A stretch of 64,000 nt of DNA from Mytilus edulis (taxonomy: Eukaryota): assembly GCF_963676685.1 (NCBI RefSeq), contig NC_092350.1, positions 73,780,001 to 73,844,000 on the forward strand, in the 5' to 3' direction. Position 1 is the stretch's first letter; each line of letters begins with the position of its first letter. Shown here piece after piece: positions 1 through 14,144 of the stretch. A program made the position numbers and the translations under genes. The notes beneath the pieces are model-generated. The model searched no databases. It worked only from the letters and a program-made list of their open reading frames with translations, and was not told where the DNA came from.

Positions 1-1083
1 AATAACTTATGTTTTACTGTATGGATCTCTCTTACATTGTACCACAAGGTTCCATATAATAAAGGGAAGGCTTGGTGTCAGTTTGGGATTAATATCCTTG
101 AACATGTAGCAATAGGGGGCCAAAAAGAAGCATTTTTTTAGTTTACAGACAATAACTTGTGTTTAAGTGTATGGATCTCTCTGAAATTATACTACAAGGT
201 TTCCTACTACAAAGGAATTGCTGGAATTGAGTTTTGGGGTTCTTGCTACATGGGGGTTTAAGTGAGGGGCCAAAAAAGGGGCCCAAATATGCATTTTTGT
301 AGTTTTTAGTCAATAACTTGTGTTAAAGTGTAAAAATCCCCCTGAAATTATACCACAAGTTTCCATACTACAAAGGGGTGGTTGTAAGGGGTAATGGATG
401 AAATCTTTAAGCAATTAGGGGCAAAAAAGGGGGAAACAAGGGTTTTTCTGGTTAAAGGACAATTTAGACAATTTAAAAGCTGTGTAAGGGAGGTAATCCA
501 ATTCCAATTAAAATATAAAAATACTGTTATATATATGTTTGATAACTTGATTACCTCCCTTACACTGCTTAAAAATTATGTTAAAGGAAGTGATAAGTGT
601 CTTAAGATTTTATTTTTAGAAGTCACTGTTAATAGTAATCTTAACCATGACTGTAAGTTATTTTATATTCTAATACTTCATGATGTATTTTAATGAGTAG
701 TTAGTGTTGCCAACTTAATCAGAATTTTGAATTGAGATTACTTATGGAAAAAGGGATTGGGGAAGGTGAAAAAAAATGGTGAGGGGTAAATTTTTTCTCA
801 TTTCAGATTTCAGAAATTAAAACAAAAATTCTTCAAATATTTTTTTTGAGGGGATTTATATTCAACAGCATGGTTTTTTACTCAAAAGCAAAATAAATAA
901 AGAAATTGAAGGTTCATTAGTCCACATTCATTCTGTGTCAGAAACCTTTGCTGTGTCAACTTTTTAATCACAATCCAAATTCAGAGCTGTATCAAGCTTG
1001 AATGTTGTGTCCATACTTGCCTCAACTTTTCCGCGTTAAACCTCTGGGGTCGTATAAAGCTGCACTCTGCGGAGCATCTGGTT
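1..1083 (+). mobile_element. 3' part of a Helentron-associated non-autonomous element (HINE-like), same family as 50784-53703
   Basis: Starts with ~125 bp internal tandem repeats. Ends with ggtcgtataaa-gctgcactctgcggagc-atctggtt, nearly identical to the 3' end at 53668-53703. Confidence 0.7.
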
Positions 1084-1269
1084 TAAGTTTTTGTAAACAC
1101 TTTAAACTATAATAGATACAAAGAGAGAAACAGTAAGTACCACAGCACTTATGTTGATAACAGTCAGAATCAGTCTGGATGGCTGTAATTGTCAACTAAC
1201 TCGATGTAGAAGTTATTTCCTATGAATGGTGATTTTTATCCATATTTTGCATTTTTGTTAAAAGGAATA

Positions 1270-1512
1270 TGGAGGCACATTTTAAAAGCCAAAAAAAATC
1301 AATCAATAGAATCTACATATGAGTCAACATGCCCAAATTGTCACACTAGCATTTAGGTCTGTCTGGAGGCACAATTTTAAAGCCAAAAAAAAAATCAATA
1401 GAATCTACATTTGAGTCAACATGCCCAAACTGTCTGTCTGTCTGTCTGTCTGTGTCTTGTGAGCCTCCTGTCTGTGTCTTGTGAGCCTCCTGTCTGTGTC
1501 CTGTGAGCCTCT
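1270..1512. repeat. ~96 bp direct duplication followed by (CTGT)n and a 22 bp minisatellite
   Basis: ggaggcaca..aaaagcc..agaatctacat..gagtcaacatgcccaaa occurs twice; ctgtctgtgtcttgtgagcct occurs three times. Confidence 0.75.
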
Positions 1513-2246
1513 TGTTTAATAAAGTTGACCTACTGCTAAATAAAAAGACGAGTGAGTGTCATAATCAAATGTTTGTTCATTTTAACACCAATGTTTTGTG
1601 GGGGTTTTGCATTTCTTTTGGTAAACCTGATAAATAATGCAAAAAAAAAGCACAGAATCGTTCATGACACTTGGAATATCAACAAGATACTTTTTGCCTA
1701 TCTTCAAACATATATTTCCTGATTTATGTTAATTTTAACCTACGATAGTAGAAGGGCGTTATGTTCTCTGGTCTGTGCGTCCGTTCGTTGTCCTGTCCCA
1801 CTTCAGGTTAAAGTTTTTGATTAAGGTAGATTTTGATGAGGTTAAGTCCAATCAACTTGAAACTTAGTACACATGTTCCTTATGGTATGATATTTCTTAT
1901 TTTAATACCAAACCAGAGTTTTTAGCACAATTTCACAAAGAGTGTAAGTTCTCAAATCCCACCTTTTTCTATAATTTTCTCCTGTCTCATTTGTTCCCTT
2001 CTGTTACTTAGATCCTACTGTTTTACACACTATATACTGCAATATCACCATTTTTCAAGTTCCACATCTTATCCGATATCACCATTTTTGAACACCCTAT
2101 ATCCCTCATTCCATTCTTCTATCATGTTTCGTTTTAAAACAAAATAATAAGAGCATTACAAAATTTGGGTAAAATCATTAAGAAAGCAACACCATGACAC
2201 AAAAATGAAAGTTAAAGGTCAACAGTGCGTCATCAATATAGCATAC

Positions 2247-2460
2247 ATAAAATTGAGAATGAAAATGGGGAATGTGTCAAAGAGACAACAACCAGACCAT
2301 AGAACACTTACAGACAACAGTAGAAGGTCTCAAATAGGTCTTCAATGCAGCGGGAATTTCCCGCAATCGGAGGCGTCCTTCAGCTGGCCTCTAAACAAAT
2401 ATAATAGTTCAGTGATAACTGACGTCATACTAAACATCAAATTATACACAAGAAACTGAA
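2247..2460 (-). mobile_element. 3' fragment of an abundant SINE-like dispersed repeat (family A)
   Basis: Reverse complement of copies at 19260-19475 and 55408-55580; small fragments at ~15455 and ~16310. Confidence 0.7.
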
Positions 2461-2699
2461 ATTATAAATGCCAGCAGAGGCGGATTTAGAGGGTTTTTCA
2501 GGGGGCCCGCCCCCCCCCCCTTTCTGGGAAAAAAAATGGTTGATTATATAGGGAATCATTGAAGCATGACTGGAGCAGGCCCCCTCTTAGGCAGTCAGTG
2601 GGCTCCCACTTATGAAAACTTGACACTCGAGTATAATTAGATGGGTATTCGGGCCAGGGATTCGGGCATCGCAGGATATATGGAAGATAATGAAAAAAT

Positions 2700-3000
2700 A
2701 TTTTCCGGACCATATTACTGAGTACTTGAACCATACGTATGTTCATAGCTATATTCATGATATATGCAAATGCTATTATAGTCCGACATACGCGTACCGG
2801 GTTGGACCATATGAGATTGATACTCATTTGGTAATGTTCCGGATCATATTTAATTTAGTACAATGTATTAGGAGTTTAGGACCATACGTGTATGGTCATG
2901 ACCATATGCGTATATTCATATAGTCCGACCATATGAGTAAAATACTCGTTTGGTTATTAACGGGCCGGACCATATGAGTATTTGGACCATATAGGTATTT
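2700..3000. repeat. Cluster of ACCATAYG/CRTATGGT motifs, probably a transposon subterminal region
   Basis: About ten copies of ggaccatatgagta / accatacgtatg in both orientations; no clear termini. Confidence 0.45.
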
Positions 3001-3311
3001 TTTTTCAAATTACATTATAAACGTTACAATAATACAAAAATTTTATCTAAAAAAACAATGATGGTTACATGAAAATTTAATTGTTAATTTTTATAATTCA
3101 AAAACTACGTAAAAATTAAATATTGATGTCATAGTTAGTTTTTATCGCTAGTTACATTCTTACTAGGCTTGGGTGACATTTACTTCCACAAGGCTTTTTT
3201 GCATTTGCAAGTCTTAGTTGTGCAAGATCCTTTTCATGTACACCTTTTGTCTGCGAGTGAAAATCTAGCGTTATTGCAGCTGCGTACAGTGAAACCGAGG
3301 TCTTTGGCCAT

Positions 3312-3784
3312 TGTATGTATGTATGTACGAAGATCCCTCCGTGAACGGAGCACCCGATTGCTCCGAGGGTACAATGTAATCCCTATCAGGATTAATGGAG
3401 ATGTGTCGGTCACTTATATACAACCCACCACAGGACAATCCCCAACCCAACACAGAGGGATTGTTAGGAGACACAAGAAAGTCAGTTATTATGGTGTAGG
3501 AAACCGTAGAACTCGAAGAAAACCACCGGGCTTCTCGGCGGGAACAGACAAACCGAGGGGATATCTATAGATTGGTCTCCACGTCAAAGTCGGGGACAAC
3601 TTTGACCAACCGAGGCCCCCAAAGTACCTATTCTAGTTTAATATCCGGTCTAGGTCCCAGAGATGTGTGTGGGAGGGTCAAAATCACCCTACTAATGGTA
3701 TTGAATTTCCAGCGCCCCGAGTCAGGATCGAACCTGGGACCTTTAGCACTGTAGCCTTCGGTCTTAACTACTAGGCCACGAACC
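3312..3784 (-). mobile_element. tRNA-derived SINE, about full length
   Basis: Minus strand begins GGTTCGTGGCCTAGTAGTTAAG (A box) and later GGTTCGATCC (B box); ends in a (TACA)n tail. Second 5' copy at 37266. Confidence 0.8.
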
Positions 3785-6700
3785 AACATATGATATATTA
3801 AGCTTCTCAATGATCGAAATTAGTTTTTGTCAAAATGCTATATAACCAGTGTAATTTTTCTGAAAAAATGGTTGGCTCAAAGTTTCTGAATTTTTTATAC
3901 TTTTGTCAAATGGTCAAAGTAAATACTTTGTCATAATTTTATGAAAATTAAATGAGCCAAACTAATTTTAGTGAAGGTGTTGGGTACCATGTACTTAAGA
4001 AGTTCTAGATCTCAAATATCGTAAATATGACTGCAATACACCATATTCACAAGACATTTTAAATAAACTATGTTACTTTCCAGTAATGGAATTGATTGGT
4101 GCGACCCTATAGTCCCTAATCATAGATATACATTATACTCCATTTGAAAGTTTATTAAGAGATGAACAAAAGGTATATAGTCGATATGTTCAGCAACGCA
4201 TATTAGAGGAGTAACGAAGGAATTTCACATCGAAATACGCTTGAACATTAAGAAATCATTTATTTTGAATAACGGAATGCACTGCCGCAAGTCGTTAGCC
4301 CCTTATCAAGGCAAAATTAATTCACCAAATTAAAGCTTATTGATAGAAGAATAAATTTAGTTTAAACGATATGTGCCGTAATGACCATTATAGAGGGGTT
4401 ACGGAGGACCTTATTTCAAAAATACGCGTGAAAATAAAGAAATAGCCAATTTTTAATAATGAAATTGATATTTTGAATAATGGAATTGACTGGGGCGACC
4501 CTTAAGCCCCTAATTATAGATATACATTTTACTTCATTCAAAAGCTTATGAAGAGATGAACAATTAAGAAATAGCCAATTTTGATAAACCAAATTGATGT
4601 TTTGAATAGTGGAATGGGCTGGTGCGACCCTTTAGTCTCTAATTATAGACATACATTATACGTCATTCTAAAGTTTATGAAAAGATGAACAAAGGGTATA
4701 TAGTCAATGTGTTCAGCAACGCATATTAGAGGAGTAACGAAGAAACTAAACATCGAAATACGCTTGAACATTAAGAAATAGCTTATTTTGAATAACGGAA
4801 TGGACTACTGCAAGCCGTTTGCCCCAAATCAAGGCAAAATTAATACAACAAATTTAAGCTTATTGATAGAGCAATAAATTGAGTATTAATGATATGTGCT
4901 GTAATGACTATTAGAGTGGTTAAGAAGGACCTAATGTTCAAAATACGCGTGAAAATTTAGAAATAGCCAATCTTGAATTATGAAGTGGATATTTTGAATA
5001 ATCGAATTGACTGGTGCGACCCTTTAGTCCTTAATCAAAGATATACATTATACTCCATTCAAAAGCTTATTAAGAGATGAACAAAAGGTATATAGTTGAT
5101 ATGTTCAGCAACGCATATTAGAGGAGTAACGAAGGAATTAAACATCGAAATACGCTTGCACATTTAGAAATAGCTTATTTTGAATAACGGAATGGACTGC
5201 TGCAAGCCGTTAGCCCTTATCAAGGCAAAATTAATACACCAAATGTAAGGTTATTGATAGAGGAATAAATTAAGTATAAACAATATATGCCGTAATAACC
5301 ATTAGAGGGGTCACGAAAGACCTTATTTTCAAAATACTCGTGAAAATTAAGAAATAGCCAATTTTGAATAACGAAATTGATATTTTGAATAGTGGAATGG
5401 ACTGGTGTGACCCTTTAGTTCCTAATTATAGATATACATTATACTTCATTCAAAAGCTTATGAAGAGATGAACAAAAGATATATAGTCGATATGTTCAGC
5501 AACGCATATTAGAGTAGTAACGAAGGAATTAAACATTGAAATACGCTTGAACATTAAGACATACATGTAGCTTATTTTGAATAAATTAAAGCTTATTGAT
5601 CAACGAATAAATTGAGTATTAATGATATGTGCCGTAATGACCGTTTAAGTGGTTAGGAAGGTGCCGTAATAACCATTAGAGGGGTTACGGAGGACCTTAT
5701 TTCAAAAATACGCTTGAAAATAAAGAAATAGCCAATTTTAAATAACGAAATTGATATTTTGAATAATGGATTTGACTGGGGTGACCCTTTAGTCCCTAAT
5801 CATAGATATACATTATACTCCATTCAAAAGCTTTTTAAGAGATTAACAAAAGGTGTATAGTCGATATGTTTAGCAACGCATATTAGAGGAGTACCGAAGG
5901 AATTAAACATCGAAATACGTTTGAACATTCAGTAATAGCTTATTTTGAATAACGGAATGGACTGCTGCAAGCCGTTAGCCCTTATCAAGAAAAATTAATA
6001 CACCAACTTAAAGGTTATTGTTAGAGGAATAAATTTAGTATAAGCGATGTATGCCATAATAACCATTAGAGGGGTTACAGAGGACCTTATTTCAAAAATA
6101 CGCGATAAAATTAAGAAATGGCCAATTTTGAATAACGAAATGGATATTTTGAATAGTGGAATGGACTGGTGCGACCCTTTAGTCCCTAATTATAGATATA
6201 CATTATACTTCATTCAAAAGCTTACGATGAGATAAACAAAAGTTGTATAGTCGATATGTTCAGCAACGCATATTACAGAAGTTAGGAAGGAATTAAACAT
6301 CGAAATACGCTTGAACATTAAGAAATTGCTTATTTTGAATAACGGAATGGACTGCTGGAAGCCGTTAGCCCTTATCAAGGCAAAATAAATACAACAAATT
6401 AAAGCTTATTGATAGAGGAATAAATTTAGTTTAAACAATATGTGCCGTAATAACCATTAGAGAGCTTACGGAGGACCTTATTTCCAAAATACGCGTGAAA
6501 ATTAAGAAATAGCCAATTTTGAATTACGAAATTGATATTTTGAATAGTGGAATGGACTAGTGCGACCCTTAAGTCCCTAACTATAGATATACATTATACT
6601 TCATTCAAAAGCTTACAAAGAGATGAACAAAGGGTATATAGTCAATATGTTCAGCAACGCATATTAGAGGAGTAACGAAGGAATTAAACATCGAAATACG

Positions 6701-9700
6701 CTTGAACATTAAGAAATAGCTTATTTTGAATAACGGAATGCACTGCCTCAAGCCGTTAGCCCCTAAGCAAGGCAAAATAAATACAACACATTTAAGCTTA
6801 TTGATAAAGGAATAAATTGAGTATTAATGATATGTCCCGTAATGACAATTAGATAGGTTACGAAGGACATAATGTCCAAAACACGCGTGAAAATTTAAAA
6901 ATAGCCAATCTTGAATTATGAAATAGATATTTTGAATAAGGGAATTGACTGGTGCGACCCTTTAGTCCCTGATCATAGCTATACATTATACTCCTTTCGA
7001 AAGCTTATTAAAAGATGAACAAAAGGTATATAGTCGATATGTTCAGCAACGCATATTACAGAAGTAACGAAGGAATTAAACATCGAAATACGCATGAACA
7101 TTAAGAAATTGCTTATTTTGAATAACGGAATGGACTGCTGGAAGCCGTTAGCCCTTATCAAGGCAAAATTAATACAACAAATTATAGCTTATTGATAGTG
7201 AAATAAATTTAGTTTAAACAATATGTGCCGTAACAACCATTAGAGGGGTTACGGAGGACCTTATTTCCAAAATACGCGTGAAAATGAATAAATAGCCAAT
7301 TTTGAATAACGAAATTGATTATTGAATAGTTGAATGGACTGGTGCGACCCTTTAGTCCCTAATTATAGATATACATTATACCTCATTCAAAAGCTTATGA
7401 AGAGATGAACAAAAGGTATATAGTCGATATGTTCAGCAACGCATATTAGTGGAGTAAGAAGAAATTTAAAAACATCGAAATACGACTTGAACATTAAGAA
7501 ATAGCTTATTTTGAATAGCATTATGGACTGATGCAAGCCGTTAACCCCTAATCAAGGCAAAATTAATACAACAAATTCAAGCTTATTGAAAGAGGAATAA
7601 ATTGAGTATTAATGATATGTGCCGTAATGACCATTAGAGTGGTTAGGAAGGATCTAATGTCCAAAATACGCGTGAAAATTTAGAAATAGCCAATCTTGAA
7701 TTATGAAATGGATATTTTGAATAATGGAATTGACTGGTACGATCCTTTAGTCCCTAATCATAGATATACATTATACTTCATTCGAAAGCTTATTAAGAGA
7801 TGAACAAAAGGTATATAGTCGATATGTTCAGCAACGCATATTAGAGGAGTAACGAAGGAATTAAATATCGAAATACGCTTGAACATTGAGAAATAGCTTA
7901 TTTTGAACAACGGAATGGACTGTTACAAGCCGTTAGCCCTTATCAAGGCAAAATTAATAAACCAAATTAAAGATTATTGATAGAGGAATAAATTTAATTT
8001 AAACAATATGTGCCGTAATAACCATTAGAGAGCTTACGGAGGACCTTATTTTCAAAATACGCGTGAAAATTAAGAAATAGCCAATTTTGAATAACGAAAT
8101 TGATATTTTGAATAGTGCAATGGACTAGTGCGACCCTTAAGTCCCTAACTATAGATATACATTATACTTCATTCAAAAGCTTACAAAGAGATGAACAAAG
8201 GGTATATAGTCAATATGTTCAGCAACGCATATTAGAGGAGTAACGAAGGAATTAAACATCGAAATACGCTTCAACATTAAGAAATAGCTTATTTTGAATA
8301 ACGGAATGCACTGCTGCAAGCCGTTAGCCCCTAATCAAGGCAAAATAAATACAACACATTTAAGCTTATTGATAAAGGAATAAATTGAGTATTAATGATA
8401 TGTCCCGTAATGACAATTAGATAGGTTACGAAGGACCTAATGTCCAAAACACGCGTGAAAATTTAAAAATAGCCAATCTTGAATTATGAAATAGATATTT
8501 TGTATAAGGGAATTGACTGGTGCGACCCTTTAGTCCCTAATTATAGCTATACATTATACTCCTTTCGAAAGCTTATTAAAAGATGAACAAAAGGTATATA
8601 GTCGATATGTTCAGCAACGCATATTACAGAAGTAACGAAGGAATTAAACATCGAAATACGCATGAACATTAAGAAATTGCTTATTTTGAATAACGGAATG
8701 GACTGCTGGAAGCCGTTAGCCCTTATCAAGGCAAAATTAATACAACAAATTATAGCTTATTGATAGTGAAATAAATTTAGTTTAAACAATATGTGCCGTA
8801 ACAACCATTAGAGGGGTTACGGAGGACCTTATTTCCAAAATACGCGTGAAAATTAAGAAACAGCCAATTTTGAATAACGAAATTGATTATTGAATAGTGG
8901 AATGGACTGGTGCGACCCTTTAGTCCCTAATTATAGATATACATTATACCTCATTCAAAAGCTTATGAAGAGATGAACAAAAGGTATATAGTCGATATGT
9001 TCAGCAACGCATATTAGTGGAGTAAGAAGAAATTTAAAAACATCGAAATACGACTTGAACATTAAGAAATAGCTTATTTTGAATAGCATTATGGACTGAT
9101 GCAAGCCGTAAACCCCTAATCAAGGCAAAATTAATACAACAAATTCAAGCTTATTGAAAGAGGAATAAATTGAGTATTAATGATATGTGCCGTAATGACC
9201 ATTAGAGTGGTTAGGAAGGATCTAATGTCCAAAATACGCGTGAAAATTTAGAAATAGCCAATCTTGAATTATGAAATGGATATTTTGAATAATGGAATTG
9301 ACTGGTACGATCCTTTAGTCCCTAATCATAGATATACATTATACTTCATTCGAAAGCTTATTAAGAGATGAACAAAAGGTATATAGTCGATATGTTCAGC
9401 AACGCATATTAGAGGAGTAACGAAGGAATTAAATATCGAAATACGCTTGAACATTGAGAAATAGCTTATTTTGAACAACGGAATGGACTGTTACAAGCCG
9501 TTAGCCCTTATCAAGGCAAAATTAATAAACCAAATTAAAGATTATTGATAGAGGAATAAATTTAATTTAAACAATATGTGCCGTAATAACCATTAGAGGG
9601 GTTACGGAGGACCTTATTTCCAAAATACGCGTGAAAATTAAGAAATAGCCAATTTTGAATAACGAAATTGATATTTTGAATAGTGCAATGGACTAGTGCG

Positions 9701-10609
9701 ACCCTTAAGTCCCTAACTATAGATATACATTATACTTCATTCAAAAGCTTACAAAGAGATGAACAAAGGGTATATAGTCAATATGTTCAGCAACGCATAT
9801 TAGAGTAGTAACGAAGGAATTAAACATCGAAATACGTTTGAACATTAAGAAATAGCTTATTTTGAATAACGGAAAGCACTGCTGCAAGCCGTTAGCCCCT
9901 AATCAAGGCAAAATAAATACAACACATTTAAGCTTATTGATAAAGGAATAAATTGAGTATTAATGATATGTCCCGTAATGACAATTAGATAGGTTACGAA
10001 GGACCTAATGTCCAAAACACGCGTGAAAATTTAGAATTAGCCAATCTTGAATTATGAAATAGATATTTTGAATAAGGGAATTGACTGGTGCGACCCTTTA
10101 GTCCCTAATAATACCTATACATTATACTCCTTTCGAAAGCTTATTAAAAGATGAACAAAATGTATATAGTCGATATGTTCAGCAACGCATATTACAGAAG
10201 TAACGAAGGAATTAAACATCGAAATACGCATGAACATTCAGAAATTGCTTATTTTGAATAACGGAATGGACTGCTGGAAGCCGTTAGCCCTTATCAAGGC
10301 AAAATTAATACAACAAATTAAAGCTTATTGATAGAGGAATAAATTTAGTTTAAACAATATGTGCCGTAATAACCATTAGAGGGGTTACGGAGGACCTTAT
10401 TTCCAAAATACGCGTGAAAATTAAGAAATAGCCAATTTTGAATAACGAAATTAATTATTGAATAGTTGAATGGACTGGTGCGACCCTTTAGTCCCTAATT
10501 ATAGATATACATTATACCTCATTCAAAAGCTTATGAAGAAATGAACAAAAGATATATAGACGATATGTTCAGCAACGCATATTAGTGGAGTAAGAAGGAA
10601 TTTAAAAAC

Positions 10610-10792
10610 NNNNNNNNNNNNNNNNNNNNNNNNNNNNNNNNNNNNNNNNNNNNNNNNNNNNNNNNNNNNNNNNNNNNNNNNNNNNNNNNNNNNNNNNNNN
10701 NNNNNNNNNNNNNNNNNNNNNNNNNNNNNNNNNNNNNNNNNNNNNNNNNNNNNNNNNNNNNNNNNNNNNNNNNNNNNNNNNNNNNNNNNNNN
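10610..10792. other. Assembly gap (183 N)
   Basis: Run of N. Confidence 1.
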
Positions 10793-11770
10793 ACTCATTT
10801 GGATTACACCAATTTTCAATAAGGCTCTCTTAATACAATAATAATTACATAACAAATAAACAATGCATCAATAAAAATGGTAAATAAAGATTATGTACAA
10901 TTTAAAATACAATAAACAATTATGATATGGCATTACAGTAAAAATATGATGGTAATGTTAAAAGTACATAGATTTGTATATATGTTTAAATTCTGATACT
11001 GTATTTGATTTTTTTTATTGAATTAGGAAGAGCATTCCACACTTTTGGTCCATTGTACGAGAAACTAGACTTATACAACTCTGTATTTAGTTTTGGAATA
11101 ATAAAATTATCTGAGGATGAAAATCTCGTATTATTTTTTTGGTTTGCAGAAGCTGATACAATAAGACTGGACATATATTCTGGAGCTAAGCCATGTTTTG
11201 CCTTATACATTAGTAATGATTTGTGATAAAGTATTCTTTGTGTGATTGGCACAATGTTACATTCGTGAAATAATTCTCTTGAAGGTTTGGTGTAATCATG
11301 TTCGTCTAAAATTATTCTTGCTGCCCTTTTTTGCAGTTTTAGTAAACTATCTAATAGAAAGTTATTACAGGTTCCCCATATTGAACAACAATAATCTAAG
11401 TGAGGTAAAACGTAAGCGTTATAGTACATTTGTCTAGCTTTATGATTTAAATATTTCTTTATCCTTTTTAGTAAAGCTAAAGAAGAGTTAACTTTTTTGA
11501 TTATATAATCGATATGAGATGACCAAGATAGAGATGCATCAATAAAAACACCTAGAACTTTTTCACAGGTACTTTCTATAATTTGTTGTCCATTTAAAGC
11601 AATATTGATGTTTTCATTTGATGTAACGGAAAGCTTTTGTTTAGATCCAATGCATATAGCTTTCGTTTTAGATACATTTACAGCCATTTTATTGTCATCA
11701 CACCAGCGAAAAATATCTTGTTAAACCGTATTAAGTTTTTGACTGATGCAACTTTTCTTTTGTCCAATGA
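10793..11770 (-). mobile_element. 5'-truncated CR1/L2-group LINE (C-terminal RT region plus 3' UTR) inserted in the satellite
   Basis: ORF 10986-11687 has KTK..I, KVLGVFID..LSW..HI, PHLDYC..IWG, LQKRAARII and SFSY.GP..WN.LP. The satellite monomer broken before the gap resumes at ~11770. Confidence 0.9.
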
Positions 11771-14144
11771 CATTAAGAAATAGCTTATTTTGAATAGCAT
11801 TATGAACTGATGCAAGCCGTTAATCCCTAATCAAGGCAAAATTAATACAACAAATTCAAGCTTATTGAAAGAGGAATAAATTGAGTATTAATGATATATG
11901 CCGTAATGACCATTAGAGTGGTTAGGAAGGATCTAATGTCCAAAATACGCGTGAAAATTTAGAAATAGCCAATCTTGAATTATGAAATGGATATTTTGAA
12001 TAATGGAATTGACTGGTGCGATCCTTTAGTCCCTAATCATAGATATACATTATACTTCATTCGAAAGCTTATTAAGAGATGAACAAAAGGTATATAGTCG
12101 ATATGTTCAGCAACGCATATTAGAGGAGTAACGAAGGAATTAGATATCGAAATACGCTTGAACATTGAGAAATAGCTTATTTTGAACAACGGAATGGACT
12201 GTTACAAGCCGTTAGCCCTTATCAAGGCAAAATTAATAAACCAAATTAAAGATTATTGATAGAGGAATACATTTAATTTAAACAATATGTGCCATAATAA
12301 CCAGTAGAGGGGTTACGGAGGACCTTATTTCCAAAATACGCGTGAAAATTAAGAAATAGCCAATTTTGAATAACGAAATTGATATTTTGAATAGTGGAAT
12401 GGACTGGTGCGACCCTTAAGTCCCTTACTATGGATATACATTATACTACATTCAAAAGCTTATGAAGAGATAAACAAAAGGTATATAATCGATATGTTCA
12501 GCAACGCATATTAGATGAGTAACAAAGGAACTAAACATCGAAATTCGCTTGAACATTAAGAAATAGCTTATTTTGAATAACGGAATGGACTGCTGCAAGC
12601 CGTTAGCCCCTTATTTATGCAAAATTAATAACCAAATTAAAGCTTATTGATAAAGGAAAAAATTGAGTATTATTGATATGTGCCGTAATGACCATTAAAG
12701 TGGTGAGGAAGGACCTAATGTCCAAAATACGCATGATAGAGGAATAAACGGAGTATAAACGATATGTGCGACAATGACCATAAAGAAAATCAAGAAATAG
12801 CCAATTATGTATATGAAATGGATATTGATTTATAGCATGGACTGCTGCCACTATTTAGCCTCTAATTATAGATATGCCTTATAGCTCATTCGCAAGCTTA
12901 TTAAGAGAGGGAAAAAAATATAAAGTCGATATGTTCTGCAACACATATTAGAGGAATAACGAAGGATCTTAACATCGAAATTCGCTTGAACATTAAGAAA
13001 TAGCTTATTTTGAATAATGAAATGGACTGCTGCAAGCCCTCAGTCTTTATTAAGGCAACATGTATAGAGGAATAGAGTGACTTTAAATATATGTTCAGCA
13101 ATGCATATTAGAGGAGTAACGAAGGAATTAATCATCGAAATACCCTTGAACATTAAGAAATAGCTTATTTTGAATAACGGAATGGACAGAAAACCTGTCA
13201 GATAGAAAGATAGCTGTTTCGTCGATGTATTTCCACACCACCTATTATTCAGATTTTTAAAAGATATAAATATGCTAAAAGGGCATGTGTGTCAGAAGTC
13301 ACCTTAAAACAAATGTCTTAATATTAAAAGAAATAAGAAATGCATCTATTTGCTTTAATTATATTATAATTGTGCAAATCAGAAGATCTTTCTATCATGT
13401 CTATATAGCATGTTTTTGAATGATATTTCCCAGTTCAAAGTGTTTTATTAAAACCATAATTATATTTAACACCGAAACAAAATTTTAATTCCAAATTAAT
13501 ACTCGGATACAAACACTTTGGTTTGTTTTGAGACTAAGAAATGAGCGGGAAATGTAACTGTAAGCTATACATTATAAATCATCATGTGTTAACCCAACTA
13601 ACATGTTTATTTAGATAGTGTCGAAAAATGTTGCGACAGAAGCGGGAAATATAACTGTAAGCAATTATACATAACATGCTGATTACGCATTTCTCACGGA
13701 TATTTGATACAGGGAAGGTCGTTGTTTTATCATCTCAACCACAAGTACACATTCCATCGTCTAGTTTCCGCTGCAATTTATAATTAATCGACAGTGCTCG
13801 ACATCATTCTTAAGTATTTTACGTCACCGATAAAGGATTAGATATAAAAAAAAAAATCAAAAAATTATTAAATAAATATGATACTTTAAATCTTTTTCAT
13901 TAATGATATGATACTTTAAGTCTTTTTTCTAACTATTTTAACACATCGACCATCTTTTCATTTTTAAAAGAAACCATGTATATTGAAAAAAAGAATATGT
14001 TAGTTTGTTCCAGGGTGTTTATATCCTTCGATTTGGAAAACAAATGTTTGTTCCAAGCAAATATAACTATGCCCCCTTGAAAAGATGAATATTGGGGCTA
14101 AAAAATATTTAGTTTTTTATTTAGAAATTTTTTTTTATTATTTC

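Larger units (their letters stand above)
4080..13190 (+). repeat. Tandem satellite array: 392 bp dimer of two related subunits (~186 and ~207 bp) with a 1568 bp higher-order repeat
   Basis: Landmarks recur about every 392 bp. Identical spurious ORFs at 6979 and 8547 are 1568 bp apart. Subunits share aatggactg, aaagcttat, attagagg and aaatacgc..aagaaatagc. Confidence 0.95.

Noticed and set aside
3700-3784. tRNA gene
   Set aside because: A and B boxes are followed by a shared ~400 bp body and microsatellite tail, so this is a SINE head.
4080-13190. 392 bp unit as a retrozyme, CRISPR array or coding repeat
   Set aside because: No CUGAUGA/GAAA core found on either strand and no unique spacers. 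The frames checked contain recurrent stops although subunit lengths are near multiples of three.
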